From contig DAIDBH010000019.1 in assembly GCA_027310185.1 (NCBI GenBank), positions 96,001 through 160,000 of the forward strand: DNA of 64,000 nucleotides. Reading direction: 5' to 3'. Position 1 is the first letter of the stretch. Each line of letters begins with the position of its first letter. Position numbers and translations under genes: made by a program. The notes under the pieces were generated by a model that ran no database searches, was not told the DNA's origin, and worked only from the letters and a program-made list of their open reading frames with translations. Of the stretch, positions 9,021 through 19,410 are shown piece after piece. This DNA comes from Thermoplasmatales archaeon. GTDB taxonomy: Archaea; Thermoplasmatota; Thermoplasmata; Thermoplasmatales; Thermoplasmataceae.

Positions 9021-10096
9021 TTGATGATATTGATAAAACACTCATACAGCTTGTGAAAACATACTCTCCCACTGGAAAGGAGAAACTGGCCGTTTCATTA
9101 TTCAATTCATACCTTGAGAAATCAGGTGCGGTAGAAATTGGAACTGATAGTGCCGGAAACGGTTTCGGGACATTCGATGGAGATGGTATATCTGTTACGC
9201 TATGTGGGCACATCGATACAGTACCTGGCAAACTCCCGGTTTTGGTCAAGAATGGCATACTTTATGGAAGAGGAGCTGTGGATGCCAAGTCATCACTCGT
9301 ATCACTTCTCTATGGTGCAATGATAGCAAAGGAGTCTGGATTCAGGGGAACACTGAAGGTGATAGCTGCGGTAGGTGAAGAGGGATCAGGAAAAGGAATA
9401 GTTGAAATTGTTAGGGCAAATATGCAGAGTAATTATGCAATATTCGGTGAGCCCAGCGATGTTAGTGGAATTACCGTTGGATATAGAGGTAGATTGCTGA
9501 TAGAGGTAGCGTTCCGCACAGAACCTTTTCATGCAAGTGCCCCATGGATAGGAGGAAGTTCCATTGAGGCTGCCATGCTGGCATGGTCAAAAATTAAGGA
9601 ACATTATTCCGGAAGAACAGAGTTTTTCGAAACGTCCGTCGCACTGACAGGAATACACGGAGGAAGATCGGATAATGTTATCCCCTCGAATTCAAGAATC
9701 ACGCTCGATTTTAGGTTCCCTCCTCATAGAGAAAGTAATGATATCCTGAAGGAAGTGTCAGGAATATGCGGAACATTAAATCTCCCCATTCCGGCAACGA
9801 TAAAAATAATAAATGAGGTAAAACCATATGTTTCAAACACCAAAAGCCCTCTTGCCATTGCGTTTCGTTCCGCCATAGATAAAAAAACTGGTAACAGGGC
9901 AAATCTCGTATTCAAAAGTGGAAGTGGTGACATGAATATTCTTGGAAACTCATGGAATATACCGGTAATAACGTACGGACCAGGAAATACAATGTTATCG
10001 CACACAAATAGTGAGTACATAAATCTGGATGACGTGAGGAAAAGTGCAGAAATCGTATCAGAATCCCTGATCATGCTGGAAAAGGTATCAAAGTAA
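9017..10096 (+). CDS. lysK: LysW-lysine/ornithine hydrolase (LysK/ArgE, M20 family)
   Basis: GHIDTVPG, GRGAVDAK, GEE, GEP, YGPG...HT..E. Confidence 0.9.
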   Translation: MIDDIDKTLIQLVKTYSPTGKEKLAVSLFNSYLEKSGAVEIGTDSAGNGFGTFDGDGISVTLCGHIDTVPGKLPVLVKNGILYGRGAVDAKSSLVSLLYGAMIAKESGFRGTLKVIAAVGEEGSGKGIVEIVRANMQSNYAIFGEPSDVSGITVGYRGRLLIEVAFRTEPFHASAPWIGGSSIEAAMLAWSKIKEHYSGRTEFFETSVALTGIHGGRSDNVIPSNSRITLDFRFPPHRESNDILKEVSGICGTLNLPIPATIKIINEVKPYVSNTKSPLAIAFRSAIDKKTGNRANLVFKSGSGDMNILGNSWNIPVITYGPGNTMLSHTNSEYINLDDVRKSAEIVSESLIMLEKVSK

Positions 10097-10249
10097 ATAT
10101 TCAATTTATCAATATTAGAAATATAAAAGTTGAATATATCATTGTGGAGATATATCTGAGTGGACAAAAATTGAATGCCCTGCATATACATACAGCCAAT
10201 GAAATGACCAATGAACAAAATTCTAACTCGTCATCTCTAACTTATTTCC

Positions 10250-10846
10250 TTATGTCATTGTCAATATTTCGTATGCCAGCGTGGAGTCCTTTTTGTTAAG
10301 TATTATTATTGTTTCATTTGAGCATGAGATAAGTTGAAGGATATTGACCCCTCTGGCAAAAAGTTTGTTTGTTATTCTCATCACGAAACCAGGAGTCTTC
10401 TCAATCTCCTTTGATGAGAGTATATGAATCATGCTGACGTCCGCCTCTATTGTAACGCTCTGGGACATCTGCGGTATTTTGCTTTTGATTTCATCTACAA
10501 TATATACTATATTATCCTGCAGATAAGTTGCAGATATATATTTCATGGTTTGTGGAATTTTTGACGTCACCACACATATTTTGTCCTGCAATGAGATCTT
10601 ACTCTTCTTCAGGAGATCATCCGCCCTGCTTTTCCCTGTTTCGCCATTTTCTCTGTTCTTAAATCTGTTAAGTGCAGCCCGGACAGATATGGGATTCAGA
10701 TCGGCGTTTTCCCTCAAAATGAGCTGGGCCAGCTTACTGACATTCACAACACCAAATTTCAATGAAAGCATATAATCAGGGTTTTCTGTAAGAAATCCAG
10801 CAACTCTGCTTTCTACAGTAACCTTTTCCTTAACATTCTTTTTCAT
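10250..10846 (-). CDS. ACT-domain-containing putative amino-acid-responsive regulator
   Basis: N-terminal helical GVVNVSKLAQLI...SVRAALNR; C-terminal ACT-like TPGFVMRITNKLFARGVNILQLISCSNE; divergent from argG; start at ATG 10846 preferred. Confidence 0.7.
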   Translation of the reverse strand: MKKNVKEKVTVESRVAGFLTENPDYMLSLKFGVVNVSKLAQLILRENADLNPISVRAALNRFKNRENGETGKSRADDLLKKSKISLQDKICVVTSKIPQTMKYISATYLQDNIVYIVDEIKSKIPQMSQSVTIEADVSMIHILSSKEIEKTPGFVMRITNKLFARGVNILQLISCSNETIIILNKKDSTLAYEILTMT

Positions 10847-10961
10847 TAAATCGATATATTGAATGTATATTTTAACATTATTCATTATAGTAAATCAATA
10901 ATTACATTAAAAATGATATAACTTCTAACTAATTTAATAAACTAATGGTAAATTACAGTTT

Positions 10962-12179
10962 ATGAAGGAAAAAGCACTTCTTTTGTATTCTGGTGGGTTG
11001 GACACATCTGTTATGATAAAGTGGTTACAGGAACAGATGAATCTTGATGTTGTAACGCTAACGCTTGATGTTGGTCAGGAAAAAAATGACCTGAAACGAA
11101 TATCAGATAAGGCAAAGAAACTGGGAGCAATAAAGACAATCACGGAAGATGTGAGAGGAAAGTTTTCCGAAGAGTTCGTGGCACAGGGGATACTGAATGA
11201 TGGGCTTTATCAGGATAAATACCCGCTCTCCACTAGTCTTGCCAGGCCATTGATGTCCCTTGAAGCTGTGAAATTTGCAGAACAGAATGATTGTACAACT
11301 GTTGTTCACGGTTCTACAGGAAAAGGGAACGATCAGGTGAGGTTTGAAGTCTCCATCAAGGCGCTGAATGAAAATCTATCAGTTATTGCTCCAGTAAGGG
11401 AAATGAACATGAACAGGGACGAAGAGATAGAGTATGCTAAATTGAGGAACATTGAGATACCATACGGAGGGAAATACTCTGTAGACGAGAATTTGTGGGG
11501 AAGATCTGTTGAAGGCTCAAGCATAGAATTCATTGACGAAGGAGTTCCGGAAGATGCATACAGGTGGGTCTTGCCTGTTGAAAAATCAGGAGAGAAACCA
11601 GAGGTCATATCCATTACATTCAAGGATGGATTGCCAGTTAAACTCAATGGTAAGCAATTGTTGCTTGCCGACCTGATTTCTGAACTGAACTATATAGCAG
11701 GTCAGTGTGGAGTCGGGGCCATTGACATGATAGAGGACAGGGTAGTAGGCATTAAGAGCCATGAGTTTTATGAATGCCCAGCTGCCATCACGATAATAAA
11801 TGGGCATAAATATCTGGAATCGCTGGTTTTGAACAAGAAGGAAAGTCAGTTGAAAAAGAACATGGATCAGCAGTTTGCGGACATGGTATATAGTGGATTA
11901 TGGTTCGATCCTGCAATGGATCATATAAAAGCATTCCAGCGCAGTATAAACGCCATTGTAAACGGCACGGTCAAACTCAAGTTATACAAGGGGAATGTTA
12001 TTCCGGTAGGCGTTGAAAGCTCAAACTCACTTTATGACATGTTTATGTCTACCTATGGGAAAAACCAGACTTTTGACCAGAGCAAGGCACCAGGATTCAT
12101 TTATGTATTTGGGAGCCAGACAATCACGACAAGCAAGGTAAGAAAGAGGCAACTTGATAAAATAATTATTGAAGAGTGA
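10962..12179 (+). CDS. argG: Argininosuccinate synthase
   Basis: LYSGGLDTS, HGSTGKGNDQVRF, SVDENLWGRS. Confidence 0.96.
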   Translation: MKEKALLLYSGGLDTSVMIKWLQEQMNLDVVTLTLDVGQEKNDLKRISDKAKKLGAIKTITEDVRGKFSEEFVAQGILNDGLYQDKYPLSTSLARPLMSLEAVKFAEQNDCTTVVHGSTGKGNDQVRFEVSIKALNENLSVIAPVREMNMNRDEEIEYAKLRNIEIPYGGKYSVDENLWGRSVEGSSIEFIDEGVPEDAYRWVLPVEKSGEKPEVISITFKDGLPVKLNGKQLLLADLISELNYIAGQCGVGAIDMIEDRVVGIKSHEFYECPAAITIINGHKYLESLVLNKKESQLKKNMDQQFADMVYSGLWFDPAMDHIKAFQRSINAIVNGTVKLKLYKGNVIPVGVESSNSLYDMFMSTYGKNQTFDQSKAPGFIYVFGSQTITTSKVRKRQLDKIIIEE

Positions 12180-12183
12180 ATCG

Positions 12184-13518
12184 ATGGCAAAAATATGGAG
12201 TGGTGGAGCTTCAGAAGATGTGGGAGAAGATATCTCTGACATAATGACAGTAGAAGATGTAAGGATAGATTCCATGCTGCTAGACTATGAAGTAGTTACA
12301 CTTATTGCCTACCAGATACAGTTGAGAAATGAATCCATCATTTCTAAAGAAGATAGCGATTCTATACTTTCCGGTCTCCTGGATTTGATTGGAAAGGAGG
12401 AAACAATAGATCCAATTATTGAAGATGTCCACGGGTTTGTAGAGGAGAAAATAAAGGGAAGTGCTGGTAATGCCTATAAGAACCTCCGAATATTCCTTTC
12501 AAGAAATGAACAAAGCCACATTGACATAAGGTCCTTCTATATAGATCATCTTTTCAAAATTTCGCAATATCTAGTTAACCTATCAGAAACTATGCTGAAT
12601 CGAAAAGCAGACTTCAAGGGAGTAATGCCAGGATATACACACAATCGACAGGCGATGCCGATCATGATTTCAACATATTTCGATTATATTTCCAGGATAT
12701 TCCTTGATATGTCACTTGATTCTCTGGATTTATCGGAAAAGTTCTCACTCATTTCACCACTTGGTTATGGCTCAGGCTTTGGCTCATATTCTCCCGTAGA
12801 TTTTGCCAAGGTGGCCAGGAGTCTTGGATTTAATTCAAACCCTAAAAATCCAATGGCTGGAAGCTTTTACCGGGGAATTGACGATCTGGATATGTCAAAT
12901 TTGATCATGAAAATAATGATTCTCTTATCCAAAATATCGCAGGATTTCATAAATTTCAGTGCTGGAAACTCGTCCTTCATAATTCTGCCGGATGGTTTTT
13001 ACACGGGCAGTTCACTGATGCCAAACAAAAGAAATCCCGATTTTCTGGAAATGGTTCAGGGCTATGCATCAGAAGCAATAGGGCATTGTGTTTCAACCGC
13101 TTCTATATTGGTGAATAAATCCTCTGGTTATCACAGGGAATTCCAGATATCAAAGGACAAAACTATAGAATCTGTATTGTTATGCGAGAATATCCTGAAC
13201 CACTTCCTGGAGTTCATGCTGAAATTCAGGCTCAACGAGCAAAAAGCCATGGAATCCATGGAAAACTCAATAAATGCAACTTCAGAAGCATTTTCAATCT
13301 TTCAATCTGGTAAGACATGGAAGGATTCATACTTGATTGTAGGCGAGAAGATAAGAAAAGATATACCTCTTGATTACCACAAACCAGATGAATATGAATC
13401 CGTAACCAGTAATGAAATTTCCAGTGCAAAAGAAAGATGGAAAAATCTTTTTAATTCATGGCATGAACCAAGGGCAGAAATACTGATCCGCGCTAAAAGT
13501 GAAGTATCTGACAAATGA
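12184..13518 (+). CDS. argH: Argininosuccinate lyase
   Basis: MAKIWSGG start, EDVH, SRNEQ, MPGYTH, GSSLMPNKRNPD; follows argG. Confidence 0.9.
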   Translation: MAKIWSGGASEDVGEDISDIMTVEDVRIDSMLLDYEVVTLIAYQIQLRNESIISKEDSDSILSGLLDLIGKEETIDPIIEDVHGFVEEKIKGSAGNAYKNLRIFLSRNEQSHIDIRSFYIDHLFKISQYLVNLSETMLNRKADFKGVMPGYTHNRQAMPIMISTYFDYISRIFLDMSLDSLDLSEKFSLISPLGYGSGFGSYSPVDFAKVARSLGFNSNPKNPMAGSFYRGIDDLDMSNLIMKIMILLSKISQDFINFSAGNSSFIILPDGFYTGSSLMPNKRNPDFLEMVQGYASEAIGHCVSTASILVNKSSGYHREFQISKDKTIESVLLCENILNHFLEFMLKFRLNEQKAMESMENSINATSEAFSIFQSGKTWKDSYLIVGEKIRKDIPLDYHKPDEYESVTSNEISSAKERWKNLFNSWHEPRAEILIRAKSEVSDK

Positions 13519-13692
13519 CTGGAATAGGGATTGTTTATTTCCTTGTCATACATTGACTGATAATATACAACATACTGGATCATGAACCTCTGAATTCACG
13601 TAGGAAGGTTTCACGGGGAGAAGACAGGAAAAAGATACACTTTTTCTGTAGAAATTTGCGTCCAGAAGACCAACGCATCTCAAAGAATGAGT

Positions 13693-14727
13693 TCATTTTT
13701 TCTGAAATATAAATATATACTCATGTTTGAAGACATAGAATCCACCTTTCAATGCACGGTATCTCCAGAGGTCTTTCTGTTCCCTCTTCCCCTTTGTAAC
13801 ATCGAAATTCTTTACAACGATGGACTTAAGGGTGAATCCTGAATCAATGACCTTATCCATAGAATGAAAGCCGAGTGGAATCCAGGTACCCTTGCTGTAT
13901 TTATCTCCGATGATAAGTGCCAGGTATCTATTCTTTTCAAGGAATCTTGAAAGATTATTCACAACTTTTGTGAGCATGTTCAGGAAGGCAGATTCATCGG
14001 GGGCATTTGATAGATCATCTTGCGAGAACCCAAATCGTATTATATCCCAGTATGGAGGGTGAAGAATGATCAACTGGGCACGGGACACTTCATGGGATGC
14101 CAGTATGCCGGAGATATCATACGTTTGGCTATCTCCAACAGCAATTTCCTGAAAATTATCTCCTGTTTGTCCGGCTTTAGCTATATTCTCCATGGCCATG
14201 TTTGCCACGTCACTGGAAATTTCTATACCTATTCCATTTCTTCCCAGTCTTTTGCATTCAATGAGGGTTGTTCCACTTCCAAGAAATCCATCGATTACTG
14301 TATCCCCTGCCTTCGTATATCTTCTGAGAAGCTGATATGGGATCTGTGGCACGAAATTCCCCCAGTATGATGCATTATGTGGACCACTACTGTCCCTTTT
14401 CTTAAAGATCCATAAACTGTCAGTTATAATATCGCTGTACAGTTTCCATCTACTCAGGTTAATGTCGTTTACCCTGGAGAATTCAGGTTCTAACAGGTTC
14501 CTGATGAATCTATTAATATAATATACAGCACGCTCCCTTGTTCTCGAATCGCGTATCTGTCTTATGTCTGAAATCATGATTTCCCTGATAAACTCAGGAT
14601 TGATTGATTCCCCTGAGTCATCTATAAGACCGAATATTTCTGTTTCTGTTTTTTCTAGAATATTTAGTACTTTATCCATTTCGTTCCTTATCTCTTCTAG
14701 TTTCTCCATGTTTCTGGATAAAGTCAT
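13693..14727 (-). CDS. Orphan amino-DNA methyltransferase (N6-A/N4-C type)
   Basis: Motif I DGFLGSGTT and motif IV HPPYW; no restriction endonuclease adjacent. Confidence 0.8.
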   Translation of the reverse strand: MTLSRNMEKLEEIRNEMDKVLNILEKTETEIFGLIDDSGESINPEFIREIMISDIRQIRDSRTRERAVYYINRFIRNLLEPEFSRVNDINLSRWKLYSDIITDSLWIFKKRDSSGPHNASYWGNFVPQIPYQLLRRYTKAGDTVIDGFLGSGTTLIECKRLGRNGIGIEISSDVANMAMENIAKAGQTGDNFQEIAVGDSQTYDISGILASHEVSRAQLIILHPPYWDIIRFGFSQDDLSNAPDESAFLNMLTKVVNNLSRFLEKNRYLALIIGDKYSKGTWIPLGFHSMDKVIDSGFTLKSIVVKNFDVTKGKREQKDLWRYRALKGGFYVFKHEYIFIFQKK

Positions 14728-14888
14728 TACCCGGGTTAAGTTCCCGATCCATTCCTTAAATTCTTCAGTCTCATTATTCAGAATTATGGAATTAAGAGTC
14801 TTATATTATAATTTTCCATTTGAAATAACAAACGCAACATCCTATATTAAAAAAGAAAAAGCTATTGCTATAAACGAAATTCAAAATC

Positions 14889-15176
14889 ATGTCATGGGTT
14901 CCTATTAATGCAGCTGAAAGAACTGTGCTAAATTTCCTTTCAAAGATAGACGAAGATCAAGAACTGACTATTTTAAGCTTCAAGAAGGATCGGGCTGTAA
15001 CATTCACTAAACATGGGAACGAAGTACTGATCAGGGAGGAAGGATTCAAGAAGGAAAGTTTTAGCGTAAATGTGGATGATCTGAAGAAGAACGTTAAGGA
15101 AATCATTTCAAAGGAATTTCCAAGGAGTCACAGGGTTCAAATTTCAATGAAGAAGTCGCATAACAATAAAATATAG
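14889..15176 (+). CDS. Small hypothetical protein
   Basis: 95 aa ORF with coding-like composition, divergent from the MTase. Confidence 0.6.
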   Translation: MSWVPINAAERTVLNFLSKIDEDQELTILSFKKDRAVTFTKHGNEVLIREEGFKKESFSVNVDDLKKNVKEIISKEFPRSHRVQISMKKSHNNKI

Positions 15177-15216
15177 CATTGCATAAGATTATCTTTATAA
15201 GTAACAAATAAATTGC

Positions 15217-16272
15217 ATGGTATTGAAGCATGTAAGATACAGGAATGATAGGGCGGTATCAGAACTCATAGGCACACTGTTGCTGATAGCAATAACAGTG
15301 ATTCTGATGACGACGCTAGGTCTCTTCCTCTTTCAAAATGCTCCAAAGGGAAATCCTCAGGTTCCACGAATGGAAATCCTGCTAACTAGGGACGATACGA
15401 GTTATGATAATGAATACCTGATGATCGTGCAGAGTGTCACGAAGAAGATACCGATCAACCAAATAGATCTTGAATTTGTAGTGAGCAACATAAATAGTCC
15501 TGTAATCATACCATTAAACAGTGGCTCAACCTATTACAGTTATCCCGTGATGATGAAGATGAGTTATTCCTTTGAACAGGGAAAAAATTATGGAATATCT
15601 CAATTTAACAGTTCAGTGCAGATACAAATATACGTAACTCCCAACCTGAATCTTTCATATGTCTCTGTGGTCGATATGAGCACAGATTCAATAATTGCAG
15701 GATCGCCAGTGACAGAAACATCAGTATATGGAAGTTCCAATTCATTCGAACCATTCGTGGCAAAAGAGATTATTGGAAATGATCAAACATACAATCAGTT
15801 GAATAAATCAAATCCTACAGGAATTACCTATACAAATGAGACATTATTTTTCCCTCATGATTCGAACAATAGTACATTTGAATTCAATTCCAGTAATTTT
15901 GCACCGGTCATTCCCGAAAATCAGAATTTCTGGAAGTATAATACACCGTTTCCATATGCTCAGTTAAACTGTAGCACCATTAAGAGCTATGGATTCTATG
16001 CCACATCGAGCTTCCATATTTCTCGCACAACTGACATTAAATTAAATCTTACTTTCTCAGAACCAACTTATGTCAGAATTTCCCAGGTTGGTAATTTATC
16101 AAATACAATAATTCCATTGAACAGGACAGAATTCAATTATAACTACACTGGTGGTAGCCAGAAAACATTCCAGAGCATAAATGAGTCACTTAAACTTGTA
16201 AATGGCTATTATATCATCCAAATTTATTATCTGTACAGGTACAGCAATGGGATAATAGCAGTGGAGTTCTGA
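15217..16272 (+). CDS. Archaeal type IV pilin-like protein with long C-terminal domain
   Basis: Class III signal peptide RNDRA/VSELIGTLLLIAITVILM; N/S/T-rich C-terminus. Confidence 0.85.
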   Translation: MVLKHVRYRNDRAVSELIGTLLLIAITVILMTTLGLFLFQNAPKGNPQVPRMEILLTRDDTSYDNEYLMIVQSVTKKIPINQIDLEFVVSNINSPVIIPLNSGSTYYSYPVMMKMSYSFEQGKNYGISQFNSSVQIQIYVTPNLNLSYVSVVDMSTDSIIAGSPVTETSVYGSSNSFEPFVAKEIIGNDQTYNQLNKSNPTGITYTNETLFFPHDSNNSTFEFNSSNFAPVIPENQNFWKYNTPFPYAQLNCSTIKSYGFYATSSFHISRTTDIKLNLTFSEPTYVRISQVGNLSNTIIPLNRTEFNYNYTGGSQKTFQSINESLKLVNGYYIIQIYYLYRYSNGIIAVEF

Positions 16273-16341
16273 AAATGCTGGTTTTTAAACAGGAGGATTG
16301 AAAATAAGAAAATTTTTAACTACTGACAATATAACAGACCC

Positions 16342-17688
16342 GTGACCATCTCTCCCATTGAAGAACGTTATGGAAGGCCCATTGTCAAGTCAATTTTTGA
16401 GCAGAGCTACAGATTAAATTGCATGCTAAGAGTTGAGATTGCTGTTGCCGAGGCCCAGATGAAAAATGATGTAATACCAAGAACTGACATAGAACCGCTT
16501 AGGAAGGTACTTCAGGTTGGGGTAGATGAGACAAGAATGAAGGAGATAGAAAAGGAAACAAAGCATGATATCATGGCATTCATTCGAACGGTGGAAGAGC
16601 AGTCAAATCATTCATTTAAATTCCTGCATTTTGGCATGACCTCAAACGATGCCATTGACACTGCTACTGCATTACAGTTAAAAGAATATTATTCATACCT
16701 AATGGAAGATCTCAAGGACATACAGTTTGCCCTTATGGAAAAAGTCAGGAAGTATAAAAATACAGCGATGCTGGGAAGAACACATGGACAGCATGCAAGT
16801 CCCATTACATTTGGATTGAAGATGGCAACTTATTTATCAGAGTTCAACAGGCACACGGAAAGATTGATTGAAGTCAGGGGAAGAATACTGACTGGAAAGG
16901 CAATGGGACCTGTGGGAACAGGAGCATCAATGGGAAGGAACGCAATGAAGGTCAATAAAGATGCAATGACTTCACTCGGTCTAAATTATGAGATTGCAAC
17001 AGGCCAGCTTGTTGACAGAGACAGATATGTTGAATTCATACAGATATTGGCAAACATTGCAATGACATGTGAGAAAATTGGAACTGAGATTAGAAACCTT
17101 CAGAGGCCAGAGATATTTGAAGTAATGGAGTATTTTGAATCAACTAACCAGGTTGGCTCATCATCCATGCCAAGCAAGAGGAATCCCATTGAGTCAGAGA
17201 ATGTCTGCAGTCTATCAAGAATGATAAGGTCATTTGCAGTACCAGAGATAGAAGGGGCTATCACATGGCATGAGAGGGACTTAACGAACAGTGCCCTGGA
17301 GAGATTTACCATACCCTATGCCTGCATTCTTACAGATTTTGTCCTGAACAAGCTCTCCAAAATTATCAGGAACCTTTTTGTAAATGAGGTAAGGATGAAG
17401 GACAATCTGCTGGCATCACCCCTATGCATCTCAGAGAACCTGACGACACAGTTGACCCTAAAGGGAATAGGAAGGACAGATTCCCATGAGCTCGTAAGGA
17501 AGGTCTCAATGAATTACTACGAGTCAGGAGATAAGTTGCAGGATATTCTTATGAAATCAGAATTCGGAGAATTATTTACTAAAAGTGAACTTGAAAAAAT
17601 GGCAAACCCCCTTGAATTCACCGGGTCTTCCAGTGAATTATGTGAACTTGTAATTGAGGCTACTGAAAAACTGACTGGAGGGATATGA
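16342..17688 (+). CDS. purB: Adenylosuccinate lyase
   Basis: TKHDI, HFGMTSND, GRTHGQHA, GSSSMPSKRNP, WHERDL. Confidence 0.95.
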   Translation: MTISPIEERYGRPIVKSIFEQSYRLNCMLRVEIAVAEAQMKNDVIPRTDIEPLRKVLQVGVDETRMKEIEKETKHDIMAFIRTVEEQSNHSFKFLHFGMTSNDAIDTATALQLKEYYSYLMEDLKDIQFALMEKVRKYKNTAMLGRTHGQHASPITFGLKMATYLSEFNRHTERLIEVRGRILTGKAMGPVGTGASMGRNAMKVNKDAMTSLGLNYEIATGQLVDRDRYVEFIQILANIAMTCEKIGTEIRNLQRPEIFEVMEYFESTNQVGSSSMPSKRNPIESENVCSLSRMIRSFAVPEIEGAITWHERDLTNSALERFTIPYACILTDFVLNKLSKIIRNLFVNEVRMKDNLLASPLCISENLTTQLTLKGIGRTDSHELVRKVSMNYYESGDKLQDILMKSEFGELFTKSELEKMANPLEFTGSSSELCELVIEATEKLTGGI

Positions 17689-18263
17689 TGAACCAGTCAA
17701 TTCAGGGACAGATAATCCAGATTCTGAAGAAGGATGAGCAATCAATTTCCGGGATAAAAAAGGAGCTTGACCAGGTGGGCTTAAAACTTCACAGGCTTAC
17801 TCTTGCAGGTTATTTGAGTGCAATGGTAGATTCTGAAATACTCAAGGTAAAGGAGATAAAACCTGCGAAGGTTTATTCTTTGAACCAGAAAGGTACGGTA
17901 TCCCTTTATCGTAAAATAGGAAAGGCTATCAAGGATACATATAATGAAAATCATGGGGATATATGCCTCTCCTTTCTTTACTATACCTTTCAGAGACCAA
18001 TTTTCATAAGAGAATTTGAGCTTTGCGATATAGATCTCCCAAAGAATTACAGGAAATCATTCTCCACTAAGAAGCTTAATTATATAAAATCTTTCCAGGA
18101 GGCTGGAATAGAAATACCCGAGAACGAAATGATAATTGAGCCTGAAAGCACGAACAACACACAGCTATTGAGGATAATGAGAATATTATTGCTTTCTCAG
18201 AACAACCTGCTGGTAGAATCTTCCCTTATTGATATGGAGCAAAAAACCCTGGAAGACATATAA
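17685..18263 (+). CDS. Hypothetical protein with N-terminal winged-helix-like domain
   Basis: SISGIKKEL...LHRLTLAGYLSAMVD..ILKVKEIKPAKVYSL; overlaps purB stop. Confidence 0.6.
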   Translation: MMNQSIQGQIIQILKKDEQSISGIKKELDQVGLKLHRLTLAGYLSAMVDSEILKVKEIKPAKVYSLNQKGTVSLYRKIGKAIKDTYNENHGDICLSFLYYTFQRPIFIREFELCDIDLPKNYRKSFSTKKLNYIKSFQEAGIEIPENEMIIEPESTNNTQLLRIMRILLLSQNNLLVESSLIDMEQKTLEDI

Positions 18264-18331
18264 TGTTAATTTTTCATTTTTGGTTCTAAATAAAATGTAA
18301 TGTTTTAATATGCATCTAACATTGAGTTTCA

Positions 18332-19390
18332 ATGAAGAGCCTTCCGGGAAAATCAGTATATAATGGTCACCTACCTCTGGGTTGCACCATGTGTGCAAAA
18401 GGGGCAAAAATGGTACTTTTCGTATCAGGGATATGCGATGCGAAATGTTTCTACTGCCCATTATCAGAGCAAAAGAAGATGAATGACGTTATGTTTGCCG
18501 ACGAAATGCCACTTGCAAACATGAAAGATGCCATTTTTGAGGCGAAGATGATCCAGGCAACAGGTACTGGGATTACTGGTGGAGATCCCCTGAAGTTCTA
18601 CGAGAGAACTGCAGAATATATTAAGATACTAAAGGAGGAATTCGGCGATTCACATCATATACACCTCTATACAATCAGTGGATCGAAGGAGGCCATAGAA
18701 ACAGTTGCAAAAGCTGGTCTTGATGAAATTAGATTTCATCCACCAGAAGAAATATGGCGCGTAATGGATCGATCAATATTCAAGGACAGAATAAAATGGT
18801 CAAGGGATATGGGCATGAACGTTGGTATTGAAGTCCCCAGTCTACCTGGAAGATTCGAGGATACAAGAGCACTCATAGATTTCAGCAGAAAGATGGACCT
18901 GGACTTCATAAATCTTAATGAACTTGAATTCTCTGAGACAAATTATGGTAACCTTCTCGGAAGGAATTATGAGATCAAGAATGATGTAGAATCTGGAGCG
19001 AAAGATTCACAGAAACTTGCAATAGATATGGTAAGGGAGAACCCCGACTTTACCGTTCATTACTGCTCAGCCTCATTCAAGGATGGGGTCCAGTTAAAGA
19101 ATAGACTGAAGAGGAGGGCAAAAAACGTTGCCAAGCCCTATGACGTGGTTACAAAGGACGGAACCATCATTAGAGGCATAATTCAGGGTGGACCTGTTGA
19201 GGAGATGGCCGAGGCACTGATGAATATTGGAATTCCGAAGACTGAAATGCAGATAAATAAGATAAAGAGAAGAGTGGAGATTGCCCCATGGATTGTTGAC
19301 GATCTTAAGGGAAAGCTTGACTATGAAATATACCAGATAGAAGAATACCCAACATGGGATGCCATAGAAGTAGAAAGGGTTAAAATATAA
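18332..19390 (+). CDS. Radical SAM protein (uncharacterised archaeal family)
   Basis: CDAKCFYC cluster motif, upstream GCTMC, ITGGDP. Confidence 0.88.
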   Translation: MKSLPGKSVYNGHLPLGCTMCAKGAKMVLFVSGICDAKCFYCPLSEQKKMNDVMFADEMPLANMKDAIFEAKMIQATGTGITGGDPLKFYERTAEYIKILKEEFGDSHHIHLYTISGSKEAIETVAKAGLDEIRFHPPEEIWRVMDRSIFKDRIKWSRDMGMNVGIEVPSLPGRFEDTRALIDFSRKMDLDFINLNELEFSETNYGNLLGRNYEIKNDVESGAKDSQKLAIDMVRENPDFTVHYCSASFKDGVQLKNRLKRRAKNVAKPYDVVTKDGTIIRGIIQGGPVEEMAEALMNIGIPKTEMQINKIKRRVEIAPWIVDDLKGKLDYEIYQIEEYPTWDAIEVERVKI

Positions 19391-19410
19391 TTTTCTAAAC
19401 TTGGTTAAAT

